Under the pieces are notes generated by a model, which worked only from the letters and a program-made list of their open reading frames with translations, was not told the DNA's origin and searched no databases. From Ignavibacteria bacterium (GTDB lineage Bacteria > Bacteroidota > Ignavibacteria > SZUA-365): 64,000 bases of DNA. Shown here one piece after another: positions 19,821 to 30,516 of this stretch; within the stretch, counting starts at the first letter, position 1, and every line of letters begins with the position of its first letter. The position numbers and the translations under genes are program-made. The DNA lies in contig JADKJW010000031.1 of NCBI GenBank assembly GCA_016720835.1, forward strand, positions 310,625 to 374,624. Direction: 5' to 3'.

Positions 19821-20468
19821 ATGCACGAACATCTCGCACTCCTCGTTCAGCTCCCCACACTTGAAGAAATCGTCCGCTGGGGAGGATACATCGGACTTTT
19901 CGCGATCATCTTTGCCGAGACAGGGATTTTCCTCGGCTTTTTCCTGCCCGGCGATTCGCTGCTCGTCACGGCGGGGCTCTTCGCCTCGAACCCCGAGAAC
20001 GGCCTGAACATCGTCATTCTCGTCCCGCTGCTGTGTGTTGCGGCGGTCGCGGGGGACTTCACCGGATACACGATCGGGAAGCGCGCGGGGCACACGCTGT
20101 ATAACCGCCCGCAATCGCGCATTTTCAGGCGAGACCACCTCTTGAAGACGAGGGAATTCTACGAAAAGTACGGTGCGATGACGATCGTGATAGCGCGTTT
20201 CATGCCCTTCGCGCGCACGTTCGCGCCCGTCGTGGCGGGCATCGCTGAAATGCGCTACCGGCGCTTCGCGACGTACAATATCGTCGGCGGCATCTCCTGG
20301 ATCTGCAGCATGACGCTGCTGGGCTACTTCCTCGGACGTTCCGTTCCCGGCATTGCCCAGAACATCGAGTACGTGATCATCGTCGTGGTATTCCTCTCCA
20401 TCCTGCCGCTCATCATCAAGTATATCCAGCACAAAAAAAATACACCCTCATCCACCACCACTCCGTAG
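19821..20468 (+). CDS. dedA: DedA/TVP38/SNARE-associated family membrane protein
   Basis: About 215 aa with the typical DedA re-entrant/TM pattern (GYIGLFAIIFAETGIFLGFFLPGDSLL...ARFMPFARTFAPVVAGI). Confidence 0.75.
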   Translation: MHEHLALLVQLPTLEEIVRWGGYIGLFAIIFAETGIFLGFFLPGDSLLVTAGLFASNPENGLNIVILVPLLCVAAVAGDFTGYTIGKRAGHTLYNRPQSRIFRRDHLLKTREFYEKYGAMTIVIARFMPFARTFAPVVAGIAEMRYRRFATYNIVGGISWICSMTLLGYFLGRSVPGIAQNIEYVIIVVVFLSILPLIIKYIQHKKNTPSSTTTP

Positions 20469-20480
20469 AGGAACACGCGT

Positions 20481-21998
20481 ATGGGCAGTCCCTTATTCGA
20501 GCGAAAACCCCTGCACATTCTTCTTGAAGAAGTCCACAGCGAGAACCGCCTGCGGCGCGTGCTCGGTCCGGTGCAGCTGACCGCACTGGGCGTCGGCGCC
20601 ATCATCGGAGCGGGGATCTTCGTCGCCACGGGCGCCGCGGCGCACAATGTGGCGGGGCCTTCGCTCATGCTCTCCTACGTGGTGGCGGGCATCACCTGCA
20701 TCTTCGCGGCGCTCTGCTACGCGGAGTTCGCCGCCATGGTGCCGGTCGCGGGCTCGGCGTACACCTACGCGTATGCCACGCTCGGCGAGCTGTTCGCGTG
20801 GATCATCGGCTGGGATCTCGTGCTCGAATACGCCGTGGGCAGCGCGACCGTCGCCACCGGCTGGTCGGGGTACTTCCAGAACGTGCTGGCCAAAATCGGC
20901 GTTGAAATACCCCTGCTGCTCCGCGAGTCGCCCTGGCGCTACGACGCCGTGAGCGGATCCTTCCTCTCCACCGGATCGATGATGAATCTCCCCGCCATCA
21001 TCATCGTGGCGATCGTCACCGTCATCCTCGTGAAGGGCATACAGGAATCGGCGTCGTTCAACGCGACCATGGTCTTCATCAAGCTGGCCGCGGTGCTCTT
21101 CGTCATCGGCGTGGGCGTCTTCTTCATCGACAAGACCAACTGGGAGCCCTTCGCGCCGTTCGGGTGGACAGGCATCAGCTTCTTCGGCTACAGCGTGTCG
21201 GGGCAGACCAACCCGATGGGAGCGCCGGTCGGCATGCTCGCGGGAGCGGCCATCATCTTCTTCGCCTACATCGGCTTCGATTCGGTGTCCACGCACACCG
21301 AGGAGGCGAAGAATCCGCAGCGCGACGTGCCCATCGGCATCATCGTTTCGCTGCTGCTCTGCACCGTGCTCTACATCGGCGTGGTGGCGGTGATCACGGG
21401 CATGGTGCGCTTCGACCAGCTCGACATCAACGCGCCCGTGTCGCGCGCCTTCCAGCAGCAGGGACTCGGCTGGGCCGAGGGGCTCATCGCGCTCGCCGGT
21501 GTGGCCGGCATCACCTCGGTGCTGCTCGTCATGATGCTGAGCGGTCCCCGCGTGTTTCTCGCCATGGCGCGCGACGGCCTGGTCCCGCGCTCGATATTCG
21601 GGGTCGTGCATCCGAAATTCCGCACGCCGTGGAAGTCCACCATCCTCATCGGCCTCTTCGTGACGTCGCTGGCCGGCTTTCTGCCGATCGACGCGCTGCT
21701 GCACCTCACCAACATCGGCACGCTGCTCGCGTTCGTCATCGTCTGCGCGGCGGTACTCATCATGCGCAAGACGCATCCGGAGGCTGAACGGCCCTTCCGC
21801 TGCCCCTGGGTGCCGGTGGTGCCCATCATGGGTATCCTCACCTGCGGCATGCTCATGTTCTCGCTGCCCGTGGACAACTGGTGGCGCCTCATCGTCTGGC
21901 TCCTCATCGGCATGGCCATCTACTTCTTCTACGGCCGCAAGCACAGCATCATGGCCGTCGAGCGGGCGAAGAATGCGGCAGTGAAGAGTTCTGACTGA
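20481..21998 (+). CDS. APC-family amino-acid permease (cationic amino-acid transporter-like)
   Basis: 505 aa, 12-14 TM segments. N-terminal region conserved in the APC family (LGPVQLTALGVGAIIGAGIFVATG). Confidence 0.8.
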   Translation: MGSPLFERKPLHILLEEVHSENRLRRVLGPVQLTALGVGAIIGAGIFVATGAAAHNVAGPSLMLSYVVAGITCIFAALCYAEFAAMVPVAGSAYTYAYATLGELFAWIIGWDLVLEYAVGSATVATGWSGYFQNVLAKIGVEIPLLLRESPWRYDAVSGSFLSTGSMMNLPAIIIVAIVTVILVKGIQESASFNATMVFIKLAAVLFVIGVGVFFIDKTNWEPFAPFGWTGISFFGYSVSGQTNPMGAPVGMLAGAAIIFFAYIGFDSVSTHTEEAKNPQRDVPIGIIVSLLLCTVLYIGVVAVITGMVRFDQLDINAPVSRAFQQQGLGWAEGLIALAGVAGITSVLLVMMLSGPRVFLAMARDGLVPRSIFGVVHPKFRTPWKSTILIGLFVTSLAGFLPIDALLHLTNIGTLLAFVIVCAAVLIMRKTHPEAERPFRCPWVPVVPIMGILTCGMLMFSLPVDNWWRLIVWLLIGMAIYFFYGRKHSIMAVERAKNAAVKSSD

Positions 21999-22018
21999 TA
22001 CCCAGCGAACCTTGCGTC

Positions 22019-22291
22019 ATGATTTTTCTCTGGGATGATAGAAAGGCAGGAGCAAACGAGAAGAAACACGGTGTCACGTTTCAGGAAGCAAGCACGGTGT
22101 TTGGCGATCCTTTGGCAGTATCATTTGATGATCCGGATCATTCGGAGAACGAAGAACGGTTTCTTACATTTGGAATGTCTCTGAACGGCAGATTGCTCGT
22201 CATCGCGCATACAGGAACAGGGGATACAGTTCGAATGATCAGAGCCCGCGTTATGACGAATTACGAGAGGAGTGTCTATGAGGAAGCCTAA
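22019..22291 (+). CDS. brnT: BrnT-family type II toxin (DUF497 ribonuclease)
   Basis: 90 aa (WDDRKAGANEKKHGVTFQEASTVFGDP...). Overlaps the downstream antitoxin gene by 20 nt. Local GC is about 48%. Confidence 0.7.
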   Translation: MIFLWDDRKAGANEKKHGVTFQEASTVFGDPLAVSFDDPDHSENEERFLTFGMSLNGRLLVIAHTGTGDTVRMIRARVMTNYERSVYEEA

Positions 22292-22520
22292 GAGCGAAGA
22301 GCTGCGTGAAGAGTACCAACGCCGTGATCTCGGTGCTGGAACACGCGGGAAATATCTGGAGGCATATCGGTCGGGAACGAATCTTGTTCTTCTCAGTCCT
22401 GATGTCGCGGAGGCTTTTCCAACGGCCAAGGCCGTAAATGATGCATTGCGGTCACTCATCGAGATTGCTCGAATGTCCGCACGCACGCGACGGACGAGCC
22501 GAGCTGCGAAAACGCCATAG
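22272..22520 (+). CDS. brnA: BrnA-family antitoxin
   Basis: 82 aa partner immediately downstream of and overlapping brnT (EEYQRRDLGAGTRGKY...LVLLSPDVAEAFPTAKAVNDALR). Confidence 0.65.
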   Translation: MSMRKPKSEELREEYQRRDLGAGTRGKYLEAYRSGTNLVLLSPDVAEAFPTAKAVNDALRSLIEIARMSARTRRTSRAAKTP

Positions 22521-22644
22521 TGACGAAAAAACAATGCGTACCTGTGTTCATCAGCGTCTTCAACCGACGTGCATGCTCGCATCAGCGAGAGGTACCAGCA
22601 TCCTTTCCAATGTGAGCACATCGGGCCACGACGACGATTGATTG

Positions 22645-24786
22645 ATGAGCAACAGCAATCGACATCGCGTCGAGAAAGTGGAAGGTCGTTCACGTGTCGT
22701 TATAGTCGTTTCGATCGTCCTCGCTCTGCGCATCATCGGCGGCTTCGTGGAGTATCCGCGCTTCTGGTCGATGGATGTGCTGCGCTACGTGGACCTGCCG
22801 CTCGCGCTGCTCGCCTGTGTCGCGGCCGCAGGCTTCCTGCTTCCATCCACTGAAAAACTTCTCCGCCGCGTGGCGGCCTTTGTCGCGGGCGAGCGATCTT
22901 CTGCGGTGTTCTGGTGCGTCGTGGCGGTCTTCGGCGCGCTCTGCGTGCTGTTCCCGATGCGGACGTTTTTCTATGGCGACGGGGGCAGCTACGTTCCGGA
23001 AATCTTCAAGCTGGGGCGCGATCCGGGGTACTTCAGCGAACTCCTCTGGAGCATCCGTTCCGCGCCGCTCGCCGGCGTGATGGTAGTGCTCATCACACGA
23101 ATGCTCCCGCACGTGTTGCACGCCCTCGGGCTGGCGCTTCCACAGACCTCCGTGTTCCCCTTTCACGTGCTGTCGATCCTGTGGTTGGGAGTGTTTGCGG
23201 TCGGCATCCGCCTGCTTGCGAAAAGGGAGGAGCGCGTGACGCTGCTCGTGCTGCTGCTCGGAAGCGGCGCGTCGCTGCATTTTTTCGGATACGTGGAGTT
23301 GTACCTCCCGGTGCTCGTTTCCCTGACGCTGTTTTTTCTCGCCGGCCTTCGCGCCTTGGAATCAGGACGGAAGTGGCCGGCGGTGTTCCTCTTTCTCCTG
23401 GCGTGCACAGCGCACGTGTATACCATCGCGCTGCTGCCGGCTCTGCTGTACGTCCTCCTGTTCAACACCCGGCTCTTTCCGCCCTCCCTGCGCACGACGA
23501 GAGGGGTGCTGTGGAGTTCACTGGGAGTGTTTCTCGCGGGAATCGTGGTGTATTTCGCGTCGGGCCTGTGGAACCAGGACGGCCGCATCGTCATGTCCGC
23601 GGTGTCGATTCCGAGACCCGCGGGTGTGCAATCCTATACGCTGCTGTCCGCGGCGCACCTTCTCGATCTCATCAATCTCCCGCTGCTCCTCGCGCCGGTT
23701 TCCACCGTATTCCTGCTCGTCGTTGCGGCGCGGCGGAGGCATGCCGCCGAAGAGTCTTCGCCCGCGGTGCACTTCCTGCTCCTGGCGCTCATTTCCTTCG
23801 GCGTCTTTCTCGCCTTCGCGAACGCCGTGTTCGGTTGGGCGCGCGACTGGGACCTGGCCGCCCCGCTGGGAGTCATCATCAGCCTCCTGGCGTATGTCGT
23901 CGCCGGCAGAATGAAGCCGGCGTCGCCGGCGCTGCCCGCCGGGCTCGCGCTGGCGTCTCTGGTGTTCGTCGCGCCGTGGATCGTCATGAATGTCTCCGAG
24001 GAGAGTTCCACGCGCAGGTTCGAGCGCATCATCGAACTGGACGCGGAGAACATGTACGCGGATTATGCGCTGAGCGGTTTCGAAGCGCTCCGGAAACACT
24101 ACCTGCACGAAGCCGACTACGCGAACGAGATGCGCGTCGAGAAGCGCATGGTGGAGCGGCTCGGCTACGCGGAGCACTACCGGCTGCTGATCAACTCGGC
24201 GGGGGTCCTCGCCGATACGAAGTCGCCCCGCGCCGCGTCCGAATACCTGTGGGTACTGCAGCGACTGCTCCATCAGGCCGATGGACTGCAGCGGAAAGGA
24301 CTCCGCGGCGATTACGCGATCACGTTCGCGCGCATCGATTCGCTCGCGGCCGCCTGCGCGTACCAGGCGTATCTCCGAAAGGCGCACGGCGGACTCGCGG
24401 AAACCATCGAGGTGCTCGCCGCGCGCCACGGACTTGCCACCGCTCGCGACGTGCTGCAGGGCATGGAAGCATTTACCGCCGCCCGATACGACGATGCGCA
24501 GCGTCTGCTTTCCTCCGGCGCGGCCAAAGGCTTCGAAACAGGAAAGCTGGCCGCCCTGCAGTGCGGCGCGCTCCTGATGCTGGGCCGCGGCGCCGATGCC
24601 GAGGCGAAATATCGCGAAGCCGTGCAGAAGTATCCCTCCGAAGGAGAACTCCGCTTCCTGATGGGATACGGGTACCTCACGCTCGGTGACAGACGGGGGA
24701 TCGCCCTCTTGAAGGAAGCCGAGGGAATGAATCCGACGGAGGACATGCGCAGACAAATCGCGGAGATTCTGAAGCAGATCAAGTGA
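22645..24786 (+). CDS. Polytopic membrane protein with C-terminal TPR-like repeats (GT-C/DUF2723-like putative glycosyltransferase or assembly factor)
   Basis: About 12 TM helices over the first 430 aa, then a soluble alpha-helical repeat region (EYLWVLQRLLHQADGL...AEAKYREAVQKYPSEGELRF). TTG at 22642 or ATG at 22645. The GC content is native. Confidence 0.55.
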   Translation: MSNSNRHRVEKVEGRSRVVIVVSIVLALRIIGGFVEYPRFWSMDVLRYVDLPLALLACVAAAGFLLPSTEKLLRRVAAFVAGERSSAVFWCVVAVFGALCVLFPMRTFFYGDGGSYVPEIFKLGRDPGYFSELLWSIRSAPLAGVMVVLITRMLPHVLHALGLALPQTSVFPFHVLSILWLGVFAVGIRLLAKREERVTLLVLLLGSGASLHFFGYVELYLPVLVSLTLFFLAGLRALESGRKWPAVFLFLLACTAHVYTIALLPALLYVLLFNTRLFPPSLRTTRGVLWSSLGVFLAGIVVYFASGLWNQDGRIVMSAVSIPRPAGVQSYTLLSAAHLLDLINLPLLLAPVSTVFLLVVAARRRHAAEESSPAVHFLLLALISFGVFLAFANAVFGWARDWDLAAPLGVIISLLAYVVAGRMKPASPALPAGLALASLVFVAPWIVMNVSEESSTRRFERIIELDAENMYADYALSGFEALRKHYLHEADYANEMRVEKRMVERLGYAEHYRLLINSAGVLADTKSPRAASEYLWVLQRLLHQADGLQRKGLRGDYAITFARIDSLAAACAYQAYLRKAHGGLAETIEVLAARHGLATARDVLQGMEAFTAARYDDAQRLLSSGAAKGFETGKLAALQCGALLMLGRGADAEAKYREAVQKYPSEGELRFLMGYGYLTLGDRRGIALLKEAEGMNPTEDMRRQIAEILKQIK

Positions 24787-24842
24787 CGACACAGTGACGA
24801 GCAGGCACGGATCCGCCCGGACGGTGTCATTGTGAAACAGAC

Positions 24843-24871
24843 TTGACGCGCATCCGTATTATGGCTATACT
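24843..24871 (+). promoter_or_regulatory. Sigma-70-type promoter of mazEF
   Basis: TTGACG (24843-24848), a 17-nt spacer, then TATACT (24866-24871). A CAGGAG RBS and the ATG at 24897 follow. Confidence 0.55.
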
Positions 24872-24896
24872 TGGGATATACAGGAGTGATGCCGTC

Positions 24897-25145
<249 letters not shown>

Positions 25146-25481
25146 ATGAAGAAGAGGATTCCAGAGAAAGGCGATTTCATTACCGTGTCGTTCGATCCGC
25201 AGTCGGGACACGAACAGAAAGGCCGTCGCCCCGCGCTCGTGGTAAGCAACACGGCATTCAATGCGCATACCGGCCTTGCCATCGTGTGTCCGCTTACCAG
25301 CACCGATCGCGGGTATCCGTTTCATGTGCCTGTGACTGGAGATGCACCCGCGAAGGGTTTCGTCATGGTGGAACAGGTCAAATCTCTTGACTACCACGCG
25401 CGTTCCGCAAAGATCATCGGGAAAGCTCCGGATGCATTGCTCGATGAAGTCCTCTCCATACTGGATGCGTGTATCTTTTAA
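25146..25481 (+). CDS. mazF: MazF/PemK-family endoribonuclease toxin
   Basis: 111 aa (GDFITVSFDPQSGHEQKGRRPALVVSNTAFN...PLTS). PemK fold signature. Confidence 0.8.
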   Translation: MKKRIPEKGDFITVSFDPQSGHEQKGRRPALVVSNTAFNAHTGLAIVCPLTSTDRGYPFHVPVTGDAPAKGFVMVEQVKSLDYHARSAKIIGKAPDALLDEVLSILDACIF

Positions 25482-25575
25482 TTGACAGACACGGCGCGTG
25501 TGGGCTTCAACGCGGAGAAACGCAACAGGGCGGGAGAATTTCCCGCCCTGTGCATTCTTCCCGCGTGTCCGCGTT

Positions 25576-27507
25576 TTACACTGTCGCGCCCGGCGGGGTT
25601 TCCGCGGGCGGAGTCTCCTCCGGCAGCACCCCGGTTTCGAGCAGCGCGGTGAGCTGCTTGCCGTCGATGATTTCCTTGGTGATCAGCGCGAGCGCGATGA
25701 GATCGAGCTGCTGCCGCCGTTCGGAGAGAATGGCGAGCGCGCGCTGATAGGCGTCGTCGATGAAACGCTTCGTCTCGGTATCCACGAGGCGCAACGTGTC
25801 CTCGCTGAAATTCCTGCCGCCGAAGGGATTGCCGCCGACATAGGACTCCGCGCCCGGCTCGAGCAGCGAGAGGTTGCCGAGCACGTCGCTCATGCCGTAC
25901 CGCGCCACCATGTTGCGCGCCAGCGTGGTGCCGTGCATGAGATCGTTTTCCGCGCCGGTGGAGATGGAGCCGTAGACCACCTGCTCCGCGGCGCGTCCGC
26001 CGAGCACGACGGCGAGCCGTTCCAGCAGATACTCGCGCGTGTAGTTGTGGCGTTCGTCGATGGGCGTCTGCATCGTGACGCCCAGCGCGCGTCCGCGCGG
26101 CACGATGGTGACCTTGGTCACGGGATCGGAATTGGGGAAGCTCTTCGCGACGAGCGCGTGCCCCGCCTCGTGGTAGGCGGTGCGCTTCTTCTCGTCCTCG
26201 CTGAGAATGAGGCTCGAGCGCACGAGGCCGAGCATGATGTTGTCGAGGGCGCCCCAGAAATCCTCCATCTCCACGGCGTCCTTGCGCTTCTTGGAGCCGA
26301 GGATGGCGGCTTCGTTCACGAGGTTCTTCAGGTCCGCGCCGGAGTTGCCCGGCGTCGCGCGCGCGATGGCCTTGATGTCCACATCGGCCGCGAGCGGGAC
26401 TTTCCGGATGTGCACGCCCAGGATTTCCTCGCGCTCCACGAGGTTCGGGAGGTCCACAATGATGCGGCGGTCGAAACGACCGGGCCGCAGCAGCGCGGGA
26501 TCGAGCACGTCGGGCTGATTGGTGGCCGCCATCACGATGACGTCCTCATTCGATTCGAAGCCGTCCATTTCCGACAGCAGCTGATTGAGCGTCTGCTCCA
26601 TTTCGCTGGCGCCGCCGCCGTAGAACCCCTGGATGCCGCCGCGACGCCGGCCGATCGAATCGATCTCGTCGACGAAGATGATGCACGGCGTGTTCTTCTT
26701 CGCCGTCGCGAACAGGTCGCGCACGCGGCTCGCGCCGACACCGACGAGCATTTCGAGGAATGCGGAGCCCGACACGTGGAAGAAAGGGACGTCCGCCTCG
26801 CCCGCCACGGCGCGCGCGAGGAGCGTCTTGCCCGTTCCCGGAGGACCGACGAGCAGCACGCCCTTGGGCGTGGAGCCGCCGAGCTTCTTGAAGTCCTGCG
26901 GCCGCTTGAGGAAGTGGATGATCTCGTACAGCGCTTCCTTCTGCTCCTTGGAGCCCGCCACATCGGCGAAAGTGGTTTTCACCTTTTCCTTGCTGTAGGA
27001 CTGCGCATTCATCTTCCCCATCGAGAGCAGTCCACCCGAACCGCCGCCCTGCGCGCGCATGCGCTGATTGAAGAGGGCGAAAAAGCCCACCATCAGCAGC
27101 AGCGGGAAGACGAACCAGATGAGGGTGTTCCAGAAACTCGAGGTGTCCTGTACGGCGGATATCGTGACCTTTTTCTCCTCGAGCAGCTGCATCAGCGCGT
27201 TGTCGGGGACCGCCGTCGGAAGCGTCACGGAATACACGGTCGGCGCGTCCTGCTTCTGCGAAGCATCCGCTTTCAGCGTGGCCATCAGGGACGCGGTTTC
27301 GATGTCGACCTTCGCGACCTTGCCGTCGATGACGAGTTGCTTGAAGGTGCTGTATGGGATGGTCTGCCCCTGCTTGCCCCAGAAATACACAAATTCAATG
27401 ACGATGAGGGCCAGGATACCCACCAGGAACCAGCGCAGCATGGGCGTGGTCCGGAAGGGAAGCGGGGATTTCGGCTGGCTCTTGTCGTCGGGTTGTCCGT
27501 TGCTCAT
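25576..27507 (-). CDS. ftsH: ATP-dependent zinc metalloprotease FtsH
   Basis: N-terminal TM pair, an AAA+ domain ([23 protein letters not shown]; Walker B and SRH motifs) and the HEAGH zinc motif. Start MSNGQ with an AGGAGC RBS; the longer in-frame ORF runs to 27576. Confidence 0.9.
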   Translation of the reverse strand: MSNGQPDDKSQPKSPLPFRTTPMLRWFLVGILALIVIEFVYFWGKQGQTIPYSTFKQLVIDGKVAKVDIETASLMATLKADASQKQDAPTVYSVTLPTAVPDNALMQLLEEKKVTISAVQDTSSFWNTLIWFVFPLLLMVGFFALFNQRMRAQGGGSGGLLSMGKMNAQSYSKEKVKTTFADVAGSKEQKEALYEIIHFLKRPQDFKKLGGSTPKGVLLVGPPGTGKTLLARAVAGEADVPFFHVSGSAFLEMLVGVGASRVRDLFATAKKNTPCIIFVDEIDSIGRRRGGIQGFYGGGASEMEQTLNQLLSEMDGFESNEDVIVMAATNQPDVLDPALLRPGRFDRRIIVDLPNLVEREEILGVHIRKVPLAADVDIKAIARATPGNSGADLKNLVNEAAILGSKKRKDAVEMEDFWGALDNIMLGLVRSSLILSEDEKKRTAYHEAGHALVAKSFPNSDPVTKVTIVPRGRALGVTMQTPIDERHNYTREYLLERLAVVLGGRAAEQVVYGSISTGAENDLMHGTTLARNMVARYGMSDVLGNLSLLEPGAESYVGGNPFGGRNFSEDTLRLVDTETKRFIDDAYQRALAILSERRQQLDLIALALITKEIIDGKQLTALLETGVLPEETPPAETPPGATV

Positions 27508-27613
27508 GTACGTTGCTCCTGGTCTTGATGCGACTCCTTCACCGGCGCCCGGAAGTGGGGGCGGCGGGGAGCGCACACTCTAAACATCCGGGCGCGTCCG
27601 AAGGTTCGACGCG

Positions 27614-28924
27614 CTATTTTTCTCTGAACTGCACCGCGATCGGCACGCCGTGGAAGCCGAACATCCGCCGCACGGCGCGCTCCACGAAACGCCGGTAACT
27701 CTCGGGGATGTGCTTCGGCTCGTTCGTGAAGAGGACCACCACCGGCGGCGATTCGCGCACCTGCGTCACGTAGTAGATTTTCACCTCGCGTCCGGTGGGC
27801 GTGGACGGCGGCGGCGTGGCGCGCACCACCTCCAGCAGGCGATCGTTGAGCTCCGAGGTCTTCACGCGCTTCTTGCGCTCCTCGTAGACCTCGATGCAGG
27901 TGTCCAGCATCTTCGTGACGCGCTGCCGCGTGAGGGCCGAGACGAAGGCGATGGGGACGTAATCGTACATCTTCACCTTCGCCTGGATGTCGTCCTCGAT
28001 GCGCTTCGCGGAGTGCGAATCCTTCTCGAGCAGATCCCACTTGTTGACGCAGATGACCACGCCCTTGTGATGCTCGATGGCCTCGGTGATGATGTCGATG
28101 TCCTGATGCAGCAGGCCTTCCGTGGCGTCCACCATGCACAACGCCACGTCGCAGCGCTCGATGCTCTTGAACGTGCGCAGGGTGGAGAAGAACTCGATGT
28201 TCTCCTTGATGTGGCTCTTGCGGCGCAGTCCCGCGGTGTCGATGAGGGTGATCTCCTTGCCGTGGTACACGAGCGTCGAATCGAGGGAGTCGCGCGTCGT
28301 GCCCGGAATGGGCGTGACGATGGACCGCTCCCGCCCCAGCAGCGCGTTGGTGATCGAGGATTTCCCGACATTCGGCCGACCGATGATCGCGAGCCGCAGG
28401 TGGGGCTCCTCCTCGACGTCGGTCGCCTCGGGGAAGCCCGCGACAATGACGTCGAGCAGATCGCCGGTCATGCGCCCGGAAATACCCGAGACCTCGTGCG
28501 GCTCGCCGAGACCGAGTTCGTAGAACTGCGCCGTCTCGTTGCTGAGCTTGCCGCTGTCGATCTTGTTGACGGCGAGCACCACCCGGCGCGAGCTCTTGCG
28601 CAGCATCTGCGCGATTTCGAGATCCATCGGGTGCAGGCCGTCCCGCGCGTCCACGACGAACACGATGACGGTCGCCTCGTCGATGGAGGCGGCCACCTGC
28701 TCCCGGATGGCCTTTTCGAAGACATCGGAGGAGTCGGAAACATACCCTCCGGTATCGATGAGCATGAATTCGCGGCCGGCCCACTCCGCATCGGCGTAGT
28801 GCCTGTCGCGCGTCACGCCGGGCTGATCGTCCACGATCGCCTGCCGGATCCCGATGAACCGGTTGAACATCGTCGATTTTCCGACGTTCGGCCTGCCTAC
28901 GATTGCTACCAGCGGTTTCGCCAT
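27614..28924 (-). CDS. der: Ribosome-associated GTPase EngA/Der (tandem GTPase domains plus KH-like domain)
   Basis: Two G domains (GRPNVGKST...DTGG and GRPNVGKSS...DTAG) and the C-terminal KH-like region. Start [10 protein letters not shown] with a GGAAG RBS. Confidence 0.9.
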   Translation of the reverse strand: MAKPLVAIVGRPNVGKSTMFNRFIGIRQAIVDDQPGVTRDRHYADAEWAGREFMLIDTGGYVSDSSDVFEKAIREQVAASIDEATVIVFVVDARDGLHPMDLEIAQMLRKSSRRVVLAVNKIDSGKLSNETAQFYELGLGEPHEVSGISGRMTGDLLDVIVAGFPEATDVEEEPHLRLAIIGRPNVGKSSITNALLGRERSIVTPIPGTTRDSLDSTLVYHGKEITLIDTAGLRRKSHIKENIEFFSTLRTFKSIERCDVALCMVDATEGLLHQDIDIITEAIEHHKGVVICVNKWDLLEKDSHSAKRIEDDIQAKVKMYDYVPIAFVSALTRQRVTKMLDTCIEVYEERKKRVKTSELNDRLLEVVRATPPPSTPTGREVKIYYVTQVRESPPVVVLFTNEPKHIPESYRRFVERAVRRMFGFHGVPIAVQFREK

Positions 28925-28997
28925 AACTTCCTGTTTCGAGTCTCGTGTGGACAAAAGAACATTAAAGATACGACGATTCCGGATAGGATGACAGTAG

Positions 28998-29094
28998 TCG
29001 TGAATGGTGAATCGTGAATATCGACTTCACGATTCACCATTCACGATTCACGACTCACGACTCACGACTTCACGATTCACCATTCACGATTCAT
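28998..29094. repeat. Heptanucleotide tandem repeat (TTCACGA/TTCACCA, about 10 copies) preceded by a 19-bp perfect inverted repeat
   Basis: Arms gtgaatggtgaatcgtgaa and ttcacgattcaccattcac (29001-29019 and 29026-29044), then gattcacgactcacgactcacgacttcacgattcaccattcacgattca. Lies about 75 nt upstream of the der start and abuts the stop of the small minus-strand ORF. Confidence 0.7.
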
Positions 29095-29250
29095 TTCTTC
29101 AGCCGTTTGAACACTCCCGACCGGACAATCAGATAGATCACCCCCGCGACGACGGCGAAGATCAGGATGTTTTTCAGCGTCCAGAGCAGCACCTTGAGCG
29201 CGATGACCGCGAGGACGACGAGGCCGAGGATGAAGAGAAAATCTCGCATG
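29092..29250 (-). CDS. Small hydrophobic membrane protein (52 aa, two TM segments)
   Basis: MRDFLFILGLVVLAVIALKVLLWTLKNILIFAVVAGVIYLIVRSGVFKRLKK. It is shorter than the ORF-track cutoff. It ends at TGA 29092-29094 in the first heptad repeat. Confidence 0.4.
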
Positions 29251-29268
29251 GGGAACTCCTGCGTGGTG

Positions 29269-30516
29269 TTATGATCGGATCCATCGAACGATTTCGTCGA
29301 GCGTGGGGCGCGTGCCCGTCAGGAGAATGCCGACACGGAAGACCTTCGCGGCGATCCACACGACGACGGCGATCGACAGCACGAGGCCTGCGAGGCTGGC
29401 CGCGATCTGCCAGGCGGGAGGCGTGAGGATCGGCAGGCGCAGGATCATCATCGAAGGCGTGAGCAACGGCACGAAGCTGAGGCCGACGAGCAGCGGACTG
29501 TTCGGATTCTGCACCGCGATCATCGCGATGACGAGCGGCAGCGACAGGAAGATCGACAGGTAGCCGGTCATCTGCTGCGCCTCCTGTTCGGTGGAGGCGA
29601 GGCAACCGAACATCACGAAGATCCCGGCGTACAGCAGAAAGCCGAGGAAGAAGTACACGATCATCAGCCACAGATTGTCGAGCGGCAGGCCGGTGATGCC
29701 CGAGGCGAGCACGAGCACGACCCCGATGACCACCCACAGCGACAGCTGCACGATGCCGAGCAGGCTCAGCCCGATGATCTTGCCGAACATCAGGTCGGTG
29801 GCGGAACAGGACGAGACCAGCACCTCCACGATGCGGTTGCTCTTTTCCTCCACCATGCTGCGCACCAGCATCTGCCCCGAGCTCAGGATCATGATCATCA
29901 GCATGATGATGAACACGTAGGAAATGCCGAAGGACTCCAGGAAGCCGCTCTGCTTCTCGCCCGTCGGCGTCACGCGCACCGTGCGGAGATCCGCCCGGCG
30001 GTTCAATTCGCCGACCTTGACGGGATCGAGTCCCGCATGCGTGAGCTTGTACGACGTGATCACGCCGGACACGATGCTTTCCAGGCGCGAAATGTTCTCG
30101 ATGTCGGACACGTTCCGGGCGCGGTACTCGACGTGCAGGGAATCGAGCGCGGTGGACGGGATGAGGACGGCCGCCTCCAGGGTCTCCGCGAGGATGCGCT
30201 CGTCCGCGCGCCCCTTCGCCTCCTCCATGCTCGTCTCGGCGCCGACCGGCGTCACCACGTAGAGGGGACGGTCGTCGGGCAGCGTGAACGCGCGCGCCAC
30301 GGAGGCGGTGACGCTGTCGAGCAGCACGCCGGTGCCGTCGTAGACGAGGAGATGGAGCTGCTCCTGCTTCACGATGTTCTCGCGCAGCAGGGACGGCACG
30401 ACGGAGAACAGCGCCATGATGGCGGGCGTGAGGAACAGCCCGATGATGAAGCTCTTGGTCTTCACGCGCTCGACGAATTCCCAGCGCGCGACGCTGAAGG
30501 CCTTGCGGGAGATCAT
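29269..30516 (-). CDS. ABC-2 family transporter permease (NatB-like)
   Basis: 415 aa with an N-terminal TM, a large extracytoplasmic loop and five C-terminal TM helices. Overlaps the upstream ATPase gene by 4 nt. Confidence 0.7.
   Translation of the reverse strand: MISRKAFSVARWEFVERVKTKSFIIGLFLTPAIMALFSVVPSLLRENIVKQEQLHLLVYDGTGVLLDSVTASVARAFTLPDDRPLYVVTPVGAETSMEEAKGRADERILAETLEAAVLIPSTALDSLHVEYRARNVSDIENISRLESIVSGVITSYKLTHAGLDPVKVGELNRRADLRTVRVTPTGEKQSGFLESFGISYVFIIMLMIMILSSGQMLVRSMVEEKSNRIVEVLVSSCSATDLMFGKIIGLSLLGIVQLSLWVVIGVVLVLASGITGLPLDNLWLMIVYFFLGFLLYAGIFVMFGCLASTEQEAQQMTGYLSIFLSLPLVIAMIAVQNPNSPLLVGLSFVPLLTPSMMILRLPILTPPAWQIAASLAGLVLSIAVVVWIAAKVFRVGILLTGTRPTLDEIVRWIRS

Noticed and set aside
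24843-24896. Longer MazE start (TTG at 24843)
   Set aside because: That stretch contains the -35/-10 promoter elements and a CAGGAG RBS positioned for the ATG at 24897. The shorter product begins with the canonical MazE N-terminus.
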